NCBI RefSeq assembly: GCF_006345805.1 | Contig: NC_043010.1 | Location: 47,182,001-47,246,000 of the forward strand | DNA length: 64,000 nucleotides | Origin: Octopus sinensis | Taxonomy: Eukaryota | Direction of reading: 5' to 3' | Part shown: piece after piece, positions 37,132-52,100 of the stretch | How positions within the stretch are numbered: position 1 is the stretch's first letter | Layout of the letters: each line of letters begins with the position of its first letter | Program-made: the position numbers and the translations under genes | The notes under the pieces: model-generated | What the model was told of the DNA's origin: nothing | What the model saw: the letters and a program-made list of their open reading frames with translations, nothing else | Databases searched by the model: none

Positions 37132-40100
37132 CTGCAAAAGTAAAATATACATATACAGAAAAAGACTGAGAAAGAAAAAAAACAATGCAAATGAACTGGA
37201 AAGGTAGTATTTAGGAAAGTTAACAGTGTATATAAAGATCTGACAGCTGACTAAAGGCTAGATATATTTGCTGTAATATTTACATTTGAAACTAAACATA
37301 TCTTTTTTTTTTTTTCCTTACTTGTTTCAGTCATTTGACTGCGGCCATGCTGGAGCACTGCCTTTAATCGAGCAACTCGACCTCAGCACTTATTCTTTTG
37401 TAAGCCCAGTACTTATTCTATCGGTCTCTTTTTGCCGAACCGCTAAGTGACGGGGATGTAAACACACCAGCATTGGTTGTCAAGCAATGCTAGGGGGACA
37501 AACACAGACACACAAACACACACACGCATACATATATATATGTATATATACATATATATGACAGGCTTCTTTCAGTTTCCGTCTACCAAATCCACTCACA
37601 AGGCATTGGTTGGCCCAGGGCTATAGCAGAAGACACTTGCCCAAGATGCCATGCAGTGGGACTGAACCCGGAACCATGTGGTTGGTTAGCAAGCTACTTA
37701 TCACACAGCCACTCCTATGCCTACATGTTCAAATATCTAATATTTAGACTTGTTTTTATAGTCTATACTTGGGTGGATGTTTTAACATACATATATACAT
37801 ATATCTCTGAAGAGCAGAAGCGTTGTCTATAAATGCTTATCAATATAGGATTTCATTATAGGGACAACTCTTCTGTGAAACGATCGTAAGATGCCATAAA
37901 TAATTAATTCAAAACTTTTAAACTGTCATATATATTTAAGCTTATACATATTTACATATATTTTTATACATATTTATATTTATTTATTTATACATTTTTA
38001 ATACAGCAATTATTTTTCACACATGTATATCTTTCTGAGGAGTTCTGATATTGATTTCCTAATATTAATAATAATATATTAAAATATATATATATATGAG
38101 TTAATTTGTTCCTGGTGACCACTCATAAAGTAAAAACTTGTAAAGCAGAGCAATCATTTCCCATGGTAACAATGTTATAAATTGTAATTCGTTCTTAGAA
38201 AAATATTTTACCTATAAAATTTATAATACTCATAATTAAATGGCAATGTAGAATGTAAAGAATATTTTATATAAAAAATTATGTCAAGATCACTTATAAT
38301 AAAAAAATATTATTATTATTATAATTGTTTTCTGAATCACTTTCACTCACACTAAACTTGCACACACCATCACTTGTAGGTGCGATTGCTGATTCACAAG
38401 CACTTGCAGACAGGCTTGTAGATTTCTTTTTAAAAAACAAGTCAGGAGTTGTTTGCTTAGAAGAAGCTTTTTTCACTTTCTATACATTTCTCAGTAACAC
38501 ACGTAAAAATACACCCAATACACTCACGGAGTGGTTGGCGTTAGGAAGGGCATCCAGCTGTAGAAACACTGCCAGATCAGACTGGAGCCTGGTGCAGCCT
38601 CCAGGCTTCCCAGACCCTGGTTGAACCGTCCAACTCATGCTAGCATGGAAAACGGACGTTAAATGATGATGATGACACAGAAGCATTTGTTATGGTAGTT
38701 GAAACTTTTGCACTTCATTCAAAATTTAGATCTTGTACTTGAAAAATTTCAGCCCACCATACAAAAGTGAGCTGAAAAATAAAACTCATACACCTGAGAT
38801 CTTGTAAAGCAGGTCCTTGTAAAGTAAGGTGTTACTATATATATATGCATATATACACACAAAAACCATCTGTGTCCAAATAGTCATCATGATTGACTGC
38901 TAACTCCACAAGTTTTTTATTTTCTCTCTGTTTATTTCCTCATGTTCACAAACAATACACAATGCTTCAAGCAAACTACAATATTCTTGTAATTAATATA
39001 AAGTTAGAAATACTGGACATTAAATGTTTGACAAAGAAATATCCAGAGGAAGGAAATTCTGAGTCAATTTTCATTATAACTTGAGTAGAGGAAATCAAAT
39101 ACTTTCAAATGCATGCGAAGAACTGGGAAGTTCTTAGCCATTAAAAAAACATTAAAAGTTCAAATGTCTGAGAGGAATTTTTCTAAATAAGGTTATAATC
39201 TTTTCTCCCATTAATTTCACTATGAACATCACTGCTATTTTTCTATTGGTTTGATCTGTGATTAGCATCAGGGTATTTTATTTCTAGACATGTACATAGT
39301 ACAATACTAAATTAAAACAAGGAACCATTATTCCAAAAGGCTTATAGACATAATTATTCACTCAGCCACTGATACCTGTATATTATTTACTGTCAAATCA
39401 TAATTGTAAAAGGAAAGTAATAGCATTTCAATAAAATAAAAACCTAATAAAATATAGAAAAAAATATCAAGTCACTTACTTTTCTAAGAGTGATATAGCT
39501 ACAACAGGTTTGACGCGAACATATTTACACTTTGGTTGACCATAATCAGCCAAATAAACAGACCAGTCCCAGTTCAGGAGCAGATCAAGAAGCTAGTAAA
39601 TAGAGAAATAAACAAATTGCAAGATAAACTTCACATATTGTGTGTGTGTGTTTTTGAGTGTACACACATGCCCTTACATCTGTTTCAAGGTGAATAATCA
39701 ACTAGTAGAAAGAACTCAAATCAACTGGCAGAATTAGAGGTAATTTTTGTAGAAAAAAGAAAGATAGAGAGAGAGAGAGCAACCAAGAATGAGGGCAGAA
39801 ATAGGTGTGCTGCAGTAGAGGAGATATTAGTTTATCGACACTGAAGTTTATTGTGATATTCAAGCAAGAAATATTACAACTTGGTGTTGTTGTTTATTTA
39901 TAGCCATTGGTGTGGATGTGGTCTCCTGTTTGTGTCTGTTCATTGGTTTGCTTTTTTGAGCATGATTGGAAAATGGACATTAAAGATGATGATGATGATG
40001 TTGAAGGCTGTTGTCTTTTGTACTTGATTGACTGTTGTTTTTGTTTCTTGACTGGTTGATTTTTGTGACCTAATGTTGAATTTGTGATGAGCGGCATGTT

Positions 40101-43100
40101 TGTATTTTGTTTCTTTTGTTTTATTTAATTGGGTTACTTATTTGATGAATTTATCTTTTAACTTAATTAAGGCTATTTATTTGCTTTTTGATCAGTTTTA
40201 TTGATTAGAAACAGGTGTATGTCATGTATTGTGTTTCATATATATTGGTATATATATGAAGTACAAACTGGGCCTGATGTTACTTATTTTTGGTGATCAG
40301 ATAAGAATCTGTGTTTTCATCATTACATAGCTGCAAGTCCACACACAGTAACCCATATATGTATAGTAAATAGAAGCACATATACACTCAATAACTGAAG
40401 GTGATAAATTATCAACTGTAAAATATTGAAATAAATGTTCCAACAAGAAGTCAATGACCTTACCTGCCTGAGATCAGCAAAAGCCAACAGCAGCGTCCCG
40501 TCATTAAATCCAGACACTGGGTCTGATGCAGCAAATTCTGAAAGTACAATGAAACATATTTTAAAACATTTTATTCTTTTACTCGTTTCAGTCATTTGAC
40601 TGTGGCCATGCTGGAGCACGACCTTTAGTCGAGCAAATCAACCTCAGCACTTATTCTTTGTAAGCCTAGTACTTATTCTATCGGTCTCGTTTGCCGAACT
40701 GCTAAGTTACGGGGACATAAACACACCAGCATCGGTTGTCAAGCAATGTTGGGGGTGGGGGCAAACACAGATACTCAAAACATATACACACACATACACA
40801 TATATATATATATATACATATATGCAACGGGCTTCTTTCAGTTTCTGTCAACCAAATCCACTTACAAGGCTTTGGTCGGCCCAAGGCTATAGTAGAAGAC
40901 ACTTGCCCAAGGTGCCACGCATTGGGACTGAACCCGGAACTATGTGGTTCGTAAGCAAGCTACTTACCACACAGCCACTCCTACGCCTATTTTATATATT
41001 AAAGCAGATGAATGCCAGAAAAGGTAAAGCATTGAAATAAATACCTTTCTTTAAATTTTTGTGTGGTTTAGGATGCTTGTATGTGTTTAATTTTAATTTG
41101 TGTTTTACAAGGGCCTGGGATCAGCCATTAACTAAGGCATTAACTAAGCAAGAAGTTTGGTTCTTAGGCTATAACTTAGCAATGTTAGATATGTGAAATA
41201 GCCTTAAGAGATCATCAGAAATTCCATGGGTTAGCATTTGTAATAACTTTGAATGTATTATCTATGTGTTATTCATACATATGATATAAAGAGAATATTG
41301 TAAAACTGTTTTCTTAATATGTACTGGTGGTTTCTTTGTGAAGACCCTAAAATGGAGGATGTTTTCAAGACGAGAATTTATGGAACCAGAACAACCAGTA
41401 GAGTGGCTAAGTGCATGTGTGTGTGTGTGTGTGTGCACGCGTATGTGTCTCAATTGCACAGATAGCACTCTAGAAGTAGTCATTAGTTTCTGCTACTTAG
41501 GTGACTCAGCAATGAGGATGGGTGCTCCAAAAAAAGCATGGTAGAGTAAGAACAGGCTGGGAAAACATTATTCAGGGAGCTGTTACCTCTGCTGATAACA
41601 AAAAGCCTTTCCATCAGAGTGAAGAGCAGATTTGTATGATGTTTAAGAAGGAAATAGATGATGATGAATAGGTATGGTGACAAATAAGGATGTTAAATAA
41701 AAAAAAGTGTAGGCTCTGATTGATCAAACATAGATATGATAAAGGCATTGGAAAGTTGTTGGTTGTATCTAGTTTATCATTTGAGAAGGGATGACAGGGG
41801 ACCGAGACACCTGACAGTTCGCTGTACTTGAGAAGACACATCAAGCTAAGCAAGATCATGGTTGTCCTTGCATATAGGCATGTCCTCTGCATCCATCTTC
41901 AACTGAGCCTTCCTAATCTTGCAGGCTCATGGGTGCTGGTGCCGTGTAAAAAGCACCTGTACTGGTGCCATGTAAAAGCACCCAGTACACTCTGTAAAGT
42001 GGTTGGTGTTAAGAAGGGCATCCAGCTGTAGAAACCATCCCAAAACAGACAAATGGAGCCTGGGTAGCTCCTGTCAAAACCATCCAATCTATGCCAGTAT
42101 GGAAAAAGGATGTTAAGTGATGATGATCTGAACAGTAAAATAAGTTTTCGAAAAACATATGGCTACTCACGTTCACACTGAATCAGGTCTAAATTAAATT
42201 GCTGTAAAGCACCCATTGTAACTTGTTTGACATCATTGTCCATCACAAAATCCATCAAGCTACACGCTATATGCTTGCAAGCAGACATACATGCTGTTCT
42301 GGCAACCTTTTCCTGTAGAAAATATGGAAAAATACAAAATGGTTAACAAATAAAGATTTATATCACTTTGGTACAAGCAACAAATCTGTGAGGGAGGAGA
42401 ACAGTTGGTTGAATTGATCCTAGTATATAACTGGTACTATTTTATGAACCTCAGAGATGTAAGACAAAACTGACCTTAGTGATATTTTAGAGTATAGAAG
42501 GAAATAAAAAACAACTGCAAGGCATTTAACTAGAAACTCTGCTAATTCTGCTAATCTACTGATTTCGTTCTTATAAACAAAATCAACTGATTTGAGGTGT
42601 AGTCAGTGGAACTAATCTCAATTTAATTTAATGACAGCATATAGTTCAATATTGAAGAGAGAAGAACAAAAACTAAATATTAAATCTTGACTGTTACTCT
42701 GTATTGGTCATTTTCAGAAATGAAAGTCAGCATACATGATAATTAATGCCTTGTAACCCATAGGGACATAAAAGACACCACTGAAAACTACCTCTTCATG
42801 TAGTGATACACAAAAGTATCATACTGATGTGGTTTCTGGTTACTTTATTCAGGCTCATAGGAGGATCTGAGCTCTGTACAGTCAGCTAAAATATTTATTT
42901 CCAGTTAGTGAAACAGGAACATTGAGTTTAGTATCTTTGCTTGGGTCTCATTGAAGTATTGATGACATTATTTGAGCCACCATACTGTTACATAAGAAAA
43001 CCAAGCACACAGTCCATATTATAGTAAAAGCCATGTTTCTCACATGTCTATCTATGCATCACATGCTCAGATTACATTGATTTTCAAATAATTCATTTAT

Positions 43101-46100
43101 TTTTTTATCATTTAGTCAGAATGAAAGGCCATGCCCATAACATCACCACCTTGAGAACCAGGTGGTGGTGTTAGACTGGGTAACAGAGTAAGTCTATGGC
43201 TCACATAGCTATGATAGGAACTTAAAAGGCAAAAATATAGAACAAATACTGCAACCAGGCCAGCTCCGTGTGAAGGCGATCCACGACTTAGGCGAATCTG
43301 AAGAATGCCTTCACAATTGTGATTGAACCGACCCTGCTGCTTCCACCCCCCACCTCCTGGCGTCCAGAGATGAAATGCTTATTTTGGTGAAATAAATTAT
43401 TATTGTTATTTGTTTGGAGATTCTTGTTCCTGCTATTTTCCTTTCCATGACTATGTAAGGAATTGTGAGACACCCATCCAGTACCAACCTCACTTCCTAC
43501 AAATTCATTTCTATAATGAAAGGAAAATGATTCTTTGAATTTCTCTTCAACAATCTGACACCAAGTTACCATTCACTCTAAAGAAGAAAAAATGCAATTT
43601 TCCTCTAAAGCATATTTTAATTATGATGATAACTAAGAGTCAAGGACAAAGTTTGAAGAGGAGTACATTGTATGTTCTGATTCCAGTGTTCACACATGGA
43701 CAATTATATGTTGCTATCAGTAGATCCAACAAACCTGAGTTATTTGTAGGTCAAAGAAAATTAACATAACAACCAGAAAGATACTTCTTGATGATGAATA
43801 CAGAATATATACTAGGAACATTGTTATGGAAAAAATCATCTATGTAAATTGTAGAATGCATATACTAAGTTTGCAGAATATGAAATAAAATAATTAAAAC
43901 GTAAATACTTATTGCTTACCCTTAAGCATTCAGATTACTCTGTCAAATGTAATGCTTATTTATGCATATTGTTTTGAATTAATTATGTGTGATCTCATAG
44001 CTTCAAGACTTTGATGGTGTGATGGTTTATTTTTAGAATGACATTGTAGGGTAGCTGTAAGAGGCTGGCTCTGGCTGACTTGAACATAAAATAAGTAGAA
44101 TATTTGGGCGTGATATTGATATGGCCAGTTTCAATGCTAAAAGAGTTAAATTTTGCCTTTTTACCATCAGCAAAAGGGACAAGTCTAGAACTCCTAAACT
44201 TAACTGGAGCAGATGTTGTAAACCAATTTGTTAAGCTTTACTGACCTCTTGAATCAGTTGCATGCATGTGTGTGTGTGTGAGCATGCACATTTGTATGAG
44301 TGAAGAGGAGGAGTGTGGGGGGAATTATAGAGAGAAAAACAAAACAAAAATCAAGATGACTTACTGGCAGGTTAGTGAATGACATAAATGTACTTTGTAA
44401 AAAAGCGATAAGATCCATGAGGTAGCCACTTGCATGACCTTTAGATTCCATTAACGCCCAGTCATAATTTGCTGAAACAAGTAGGAGAAGACATTTGTTT
44501 AGAAACCCATTGACACAAAACATTAACATTACCAGATTAATTGATTAATTTCATAAGGTAATTATTACAAATATATGTTCAAATTCTAATGATGTGAAAA
44601 TATTTATTGGTGATAAAACAAAAGAATTATATGTCTCTCATACCACCTTTGTTTTATTAATCTTTGTTTAAATCAAATCTTTTAGAATAATATGAATAAT
44701 TGTATAGGAAATTGTTAATAAAATATTTTTAGATTGATTTGTTATATAACTATTTAGAGACTTCATCCATTGCTTACTTTAACACTAATGTTTGTTGCAA
44801 GCATTCAGGCCAGCTCCAAAGATAACTTTTGCCCTTACACACCTGAGTTTTGGTGGCCCCAAGGAGAGTAATGGCTGTTGCCCTTCCTCCCTTGATTTCT
44901 TATCTTTGTTTCCCATGCTCACATGAGTTAGATAGAATTTTCTGAGGTAGATTGTCTATGGCCGGATGCTTTTCCTGTCACCAACCCACGAGGAAACATT
45001 TCCTCATTATCAGATATGCTTCTCTCAAAGGATGAGGAATGAATGAGACTTATTTACAATCATCATACGATGTCAAGACAATCACACACACACACACACA
45101 CATATATAATATATTGGATATATATGATATATATATATATATGTCAATATATGAATATATCTTTGTTAGTAAATCATAAATAAAAAAAAGCAGTAGTGTA
45201 CTTAGACAGTTATGGTCGATTAATAGGGTTACCCAAGGTTTCACGTTCATAAAGCACTTGGCTCTACAAATGTCTTGTTAGACCTTAATTAAATTAAGGT
45301 CTGACAAGACATGTAAAGCCAAGCGCTTTATGGATGCAAAACCCTAGGTAACCCTATGAACCAGCCATAAGTATCTTTATATATATATACACATACACAT
45401 ATATATACACACACACACATATATATATACACACACACACACACACATATGATAGGCTTCTGTCCATCAAATCCACTCACAAGGTTGGGAAGCAAGCTTC
45501 TTCACCACACAACCATGTCTGCAATAAAAAAATTACAAAAAAAAAAAAGACAAAACTTGAACTATTCCACTATCACTTGTAAGCCTGTTTTGGTTCTTAT
45601 ATTGTCAAGCAGTTAATCTAGCTGCAACATCTCAAAATTCTGCAGGCAAGATTTCCTTTCCTTAGAGTTGCTGAAAGTGTGTTACTGATTTGTTACCATA
45701 AATGTATCCAACTAGACTAAAGATTACAGTTCAAGCATCCCTCATTAACCACATACACAAAAACACAGACGCACACACACACACACACACACAGAGTATA
45801 CATACCTAAATCTAAAAATTCGTCAATTTTCACATTAAGCTGTTTATATATATATTCTTCTGCTTCACTGCGTGCATCCTGAAGTAAAAAAAATTCACTA
45901 TGTTAAAACTACAAACATGAACATTGTGTTCAATAAGGAAACAGATATAATATATACAGAAAATGGCAGGTTATTGTAAACATTTATTTATAGTTCAGAT
46001 ATTAGGTGTTGTATTCTCCAGCATACAAGTCTAATATTTCAGACCAAAATTTACAGCATAAAAAGCTATGATGATGATGATGATGATGATAATAAACAAA

Positions 46101-49100
46101 CATTTTTATGCTTGTGGTTTGTGTGCACAAAGAAGTGAGTACCAGTGTTAACCTTTCAGCATTCAGATTATTCTGTCAAATGCAATACTTCTGGATGCCC
46201 TTCCTAACGCCAACCACTCCAAGGGTGTAGTGGGTGCTTTTATGTGCCACTGGCACGAGGGCCAGTCAGGCCGTTGCCAGTACCGCTTGACTGGCATTCG
46301 TGCTGGTGGCATGTAAAAGCACCCACTACACTCTCGGAGTGTTTGGCGTTTGGAAGGGCATCCAGCTGTAGAAACTCTGCCAGATCAGATTGGAGTCTGG
46401 TGCAGCCATCTGGTTCGCCAGACCTCAGTCAAATTGTCCAACCCATGCTAGCAGGGAAAGCGGACATTAAACGATGATGATGATGATGATGATTGTTTTC
46501 AAATGATCATTCGTTATCTTGTAGCCTTGAGATTTTGATGATGTGATTGTTTATTTTTTACAATGACATTATAGGATAGATGGCAGAGGCCAGATCTGGC
46601 CAGTTTGAACATAAAACAAGTAGAGTATTTTGGCTGGATATGACTGGATTGAATGTTAAAGGGTTAAGACAGTAAATCAAAACATTAGTAAATCAATATA
46701 TTGTAATATCATTTTATCTTTGCAAATGAAGTTAATCTGAAAATTATAATATTCAACAACACAGCTTTGACATTTAGCATCTCAAGTCTTTTGTACTTGC
46801 TGCATGAGATAAAATAGGTCCTCTTAGTTTTGTCAAAATGTTTCTTGTAGCTTTGGTTCCATTGGTTCTTATATTATCAAGCAGTTAGTCTAGCTGCAAT
46901 GTCTTAAAATTCTTGAGGTTAGATTTCCTTATATGTTTATTATCTATATTTCAATATTTTTACATGATAAATAAGTCTGATAAAACTTTCCAATGATATT
47001 TATGAAATAACTGTTTTATTTGGAGACTACTCTCAGTCAGAAACAGTAGTAAATAAGTTGTGTTGAATTTCTCAACCTGATGTGAGTGTGTGTGCATGTA
47101 CATGCAAACATGGATTTGTCAAATATATTATTGAAGCATTGTTTTACAGTTAGATGCCCTTGCTGTTACCAATCCCTAACTGTCTGTCAAACACAAATAT
47201 ATATATTTAAACCGTCCAACCCATGCTAGCATGGAAAGCGGATGCTAAATGATGATGATGAAGTTGATGATATATATCCATCACAGCTGATCTTACCAAT
47301 TGGTTTCGTGTTAGGGGTACAACGGATTGTTAGTTAACAATCTGTTTATATAACTCTATGCTCATCAGAGATAGCTGATATGGAATGAAATATGGTGACT
47401 GCTCTCTATTGTTGGAGGTGAAAGGACACATCCAGTTTGTGGTTGCTGTAAAGTGATGAAACAAACCAAGTAGGAGATTTAGTTAAGAGTTATGTCCCTT
47501 GGTACCGAGACCTCGCTATTACAAGTTGGTAAGAGTTTATGAAGTGTTTGTAGGAATTATATATACATATATATCTTATATACATGCACACATACACATA
47601 TAAATATATATATACATATATAATGCTTTTCTCAGGAGACAAGGGCTGTACAATAACTTCTGTAAAAAATGCCCCTCTGATCATGAATGTCCATGGGATT
47701 GCACCTAGAAGATTTCCCTCTGAGGCACAAGTCCAGGCAAGGTTGTTTGTGGAAGATCAGCAGTCACTCATGCATATCAGTCTCCCCTGTCAAAGTTACC
47801 GATGTTGTCCAAGAGAAAAGCAAAGGCTGATACAGCTTGGCACCAGGTGAGGTCACAACCCATTTCTACAGCTGAATAAATTGGAACAACATGAAATAGT
47901 GTTTTAGTCAAGAACACAACACACAGCCCAGTCCAGGAATCAAACTCATTACCTCATGATTGTGAGCCCGATGCTGTAATCAGTGAGTCATGTGCCTTCA
48001 CATAACCTCTGTTAAGCTCTCCAAAAGGAGATTGAGAAAAAGTGGGGCTGTGTGGTCAAGAAAGAAAATTGGTATACATAGTGTTAAGGCCCTCATGCTT
48101 TCCGAAATCCGTCGAAACTACACCTGATTATATATGCACTTTAGATGAGTTGTAGTGCACCTGAGCACTGTACACAATGTTTATTATTATTATTAAACCT
48201 GTTACATCTCCCGAAAAAGAATCTTTGGATTGTGCCAAAATTCCTGGTAATGAGTCAATTCTTTTCTGGCCCTAACTTAACTTTCAATAGGTCTTGTAGA
48301 GTAAAAGCAGAGTATTATTAATGTTATGAAGAATCATGAAAAAAATCTAATAATGCAAAGTATGGGAATCAACTTTGTCAAAAAATTAGAATGAAGTTTA
48401 AAAAGCCTTTAAGATGGAACTTACCTTAAACATTGATGTACCATGTAGTTTAGCAACATGAATACTATCTTTCTCAGCACTAAAATTAGACAAATATAAA
48501 GGTTACTGTAGCAGTGTGCTGAGTTAATGAATGAATGAATTAACGAATTTAAACATAAGGATAAAGACAGCAACTGTGATTTATTTCAGCAAACAAACAG
48601 GTAAAAAGCAAAACCAGTTACTTACCCAGTTATATTGGAAATGTATTCTTCCAATGAACTACAGGATTTCTCTAAGTTATTCATATTAATGGAAATTTGG
48701 ATGAGCTGAAAAAGAGGAAAGGCTTTTACAATGGATGTGTGTGTGTGTGTGTGTGGGTGGGTGGGTGTATGGAAGGATCGCCATTAGTTTTGATAAGGTG
48801 GGTTCAGTGTTTTGACCAACAGCATTACCTACTCATGCATTCCCCGGGTTCTACCCGTAACATAATAATCAGGAGTCAGTGAGACTGTGATAATGCTGTA
48901 GCTTCTGCATTACAAGTACAAACTATCTGACAGATTTCTATACAGTTTTCATCTCCCCAATTTCCCTCACAAGTTGTGGGTCAACCCAAGGTTATAGAAA
49001 GTGACAATCGCCCAAGATATAATGCAGTGAGATTGTACATGGACCTTGTGGCATGAAGCAAATTTGTTAACTATTTGGTTATACTGTGCTCGTGTATGCA

Positions 49101-52100
49101 TGTGTGTGCATGTATGTGTATATATATATATATATATATAACTTGGATATACTTTGACCTAAGAATGGCCCAGGCTATGTCCAACTTAATAGCACTACCT
49201 GATAGGATTTGCTAAATCCTTTTTAAGTCATGTTTTGTAGTATAATGGCCCATCAAACTGTGATTATAACTCTATGTTGATGTAGCTTTGGTTTAAGAAA
49301 ATATTTTAGTGTTTTACTCAAAGCAACCACAGCAATGAAGGTAGTCAATTGATATATAGAATCCATTTCCCCCTACATATTGCAATGCAATAAAAAATTT
49401 TTTTCATTTCAGTTGAACAAAAGAAGTGTAGATCAGACTACATAACAGCAATATATTTTGATTTCCATTTAGCTTTTGTGGCATTAATTTGTCAGGTTTT
49501 CTTGATTTTCCTCTGTGGTGCAAAGGTCAAACAACTATCAACAAGTCAATATTAAGTTCTGCAACTTTTCAAATTGTTTTGCATGGGTCCACTTCAATAA
49601 TGGCTCTCAACAGGTTAGTGTTAATCACCCCTGAAAGTTGGTTGCAACCTTCTTCATGTTCAAGGCTCTCATCTCCATTGTAAATATTTTGAGAACCAAT
49701 GTTGAACTGTATATTTATTGACAATTCTCTGTTAGAATACTAGATTGATATTGCAAGTAGTTTTCACTGCTCTGTGTTCTATTTTGAACTCATGCAATAA
49801 AATCGCTCAAATTTTCATTTGTTTCCCAACCACCATTAATTTAATAACTTAAAGTAAACAACAATAAACAGTGAAAGCAAAACCACTAGCATAATTCACC
49901 AACTGAAATCTACACTCCAAAACGATATTACATGGATGGTAAGTAGCTTGCTTACCAACCACATAGTTCCAGGTTCAGTCCCACTGCGTGGCACCTGGGG
50001 CAAGTGTCTTCTACTATAGCTTCGGGTCAACCGAAGCCTTGTGAGTGGATTTGGTAGATGGAAACTGAAAGAAGCCTGTCATATACATGTATATATATGT
50101 GCATGATTGTGTGTCTGTGTTTGTCCCCACAACATTGTTTGACAACCGATGCTGGTGTGTTTACGTCTCCGTAACTTAGAGGTTTGGCAAAAGAGACTGA
50201 TAGAATAAGTACTAGGCTGACAAAGAATAAGTCCTGGGGTTGATTTGCTCGACTAAAGGCAGTGCTCCAGCATGGCCACAGTCAAATGACTGAAACAATT
50301 AAAAGAGTAACCTTTTAGCATTCAAATTATTGTCAAAAGTAATGTTTATTTATTATTTTGTAGCTTTGAGATGTTGAAAAGTAACTCTTAATTTTTAGAA
50401 TATAGTGTGAGAAAAGGGTTGGTGTGAGAGACCAGGTCTGGCTAGTTTGAACATGAAAAAGATAGAATATTTTGGCTGGATATGGCCAGCTTAAAGGCTA
50501 AAAGGTCAAAAAATAAGTACCAAAGTTTAAAATAGCAAGAGTCATGCTTATTTTTGCACCATCCCAATATCACAAGTCACTTGTATCACCTGTATTGACC
50601 AGACTATTGGATGTTGTTATACACCACTGGCCACAATGCACTTCTAACTCTATTTCAATTTTATTCTTCTTTTCCATCATAAGTAATTTTTTAAAAATCA
50701 CCAATCTCAGATAAAGTCACACTTGGACAAATACAAATTGGTTGTTTATAACTTGCAAATATCAAAGTAAGAATCATTTTTATAGAAATATTATTTTGAC
50801 AAATGATACAATCCAAAATATTAGAGATGTTCTCTTCCTTACAGTAAACCCAGTGAGGATGCACTTCAAGTGGTCTTTCCAACACTTTTTAAGACCAATA
50901 TGTTGATGAGAGACCTCTGTTAGCTCACAAAAGAACACTGTATTTGGCAGACAGGATTCCCTCAGATGGATTATGTCCACAGTTCAAAGGAGAATATGTT
51001 TTGTAATCATTGCTTCAACATGGATGGACTGCATATGCTTCAAGATTTCTGTATGCTGTATTTTGCTTTTCTGAGTGTTACTTAGGATACACCGCAAACT
51101 ATAAATGGGGAAACCTTCAAATGTTCTGATTACTTTTCTGAAAAGCATCCAAGTTTTACATTGATATAAACAATAAAAGTCGCCCTTTCCAAGCCTAGCT
51201 AGGCTCATGGACTCAGTTTCCCGGTTTCAATGGCGTAAGTGTTCCCCAGTTGGACGGGATGCCAGTCCATCGCAGCGTTACTCATTTTTACCAGCTGAGT
51301 GGACTGGAGCAACGTGAAATGTAGTGTTTTGCTCAAGAACACAACGCGTTGCCTGGTCCAGGAAGTGAAACCACAATCTTACAATCATGATGCTGACATC
51401 CTAACCACTAAGCCACGCACCTCCACTTGCATTGATATAGTAGAGTCAAAATACAGGCACACATACACATAAGCAAAACTAGAAAGATCTGAGGAAGAAT
51501 ATTTACTGTTAAATATAATTACAAAGAAAATGCAATCAACTTACTTGTAGAAGGCTGAGGGAGGGCTTTTTGATGAGAGTTGATAAGCAGCCACTAAGTG
51601 TTCTTGTTAAAAGTTGATTTGTTGATTTACGAATCATATCATCTATTTCTGTGTGACTGTGAATGAAATGTATAAAAAGAGACAAACATTTCAAATTAAT
51701 TTTAAATTAATTAACGTTTAATTAACCCTTTTATTGCAGAAAGTAGAAATATCCACTCAAAATTTCATTACCCTTAACTGTAGAAAACAGTTTCTATACC
51801 AATCTACTTTTGTTGTGGAATGTCATGTTTAAAACTATTTTCTGTTGAGATCCGGGATCCCCTTCGGTCACGACACTGACCATGGGATTGCACCTAGAAA
51901 GTTACCCTCCTAGTCACAAGTCTGGGCAAGGTGGTTTATGGAAGACCATGCATACCGGCCTCCCCTCTCCACGCCAACAGTGTTATCCAAGGGAAAGGCA
52001 AAGGCCGATACAGCTTGGCACCCGTGACGTTGCAACTCATTTCTACAGCTGAGTGAACTGGAGCAACGTGAAATAAAGTGTCTTGCTCAAGAACACAACA

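Noticed and set aside
38155-38172. X-box-like ATTTCCCATGGTAAC
   Set aside because: Inside a Tigger remnant, far from any TSS, and degenerate in the sister copy (about 23835).
43260-43380. TGTGAAGGC...GCCTTCACA stem as an intronic snoRNA
   Set aside because: No clear C/D or H/ACA boxes; probably part of a transposon.
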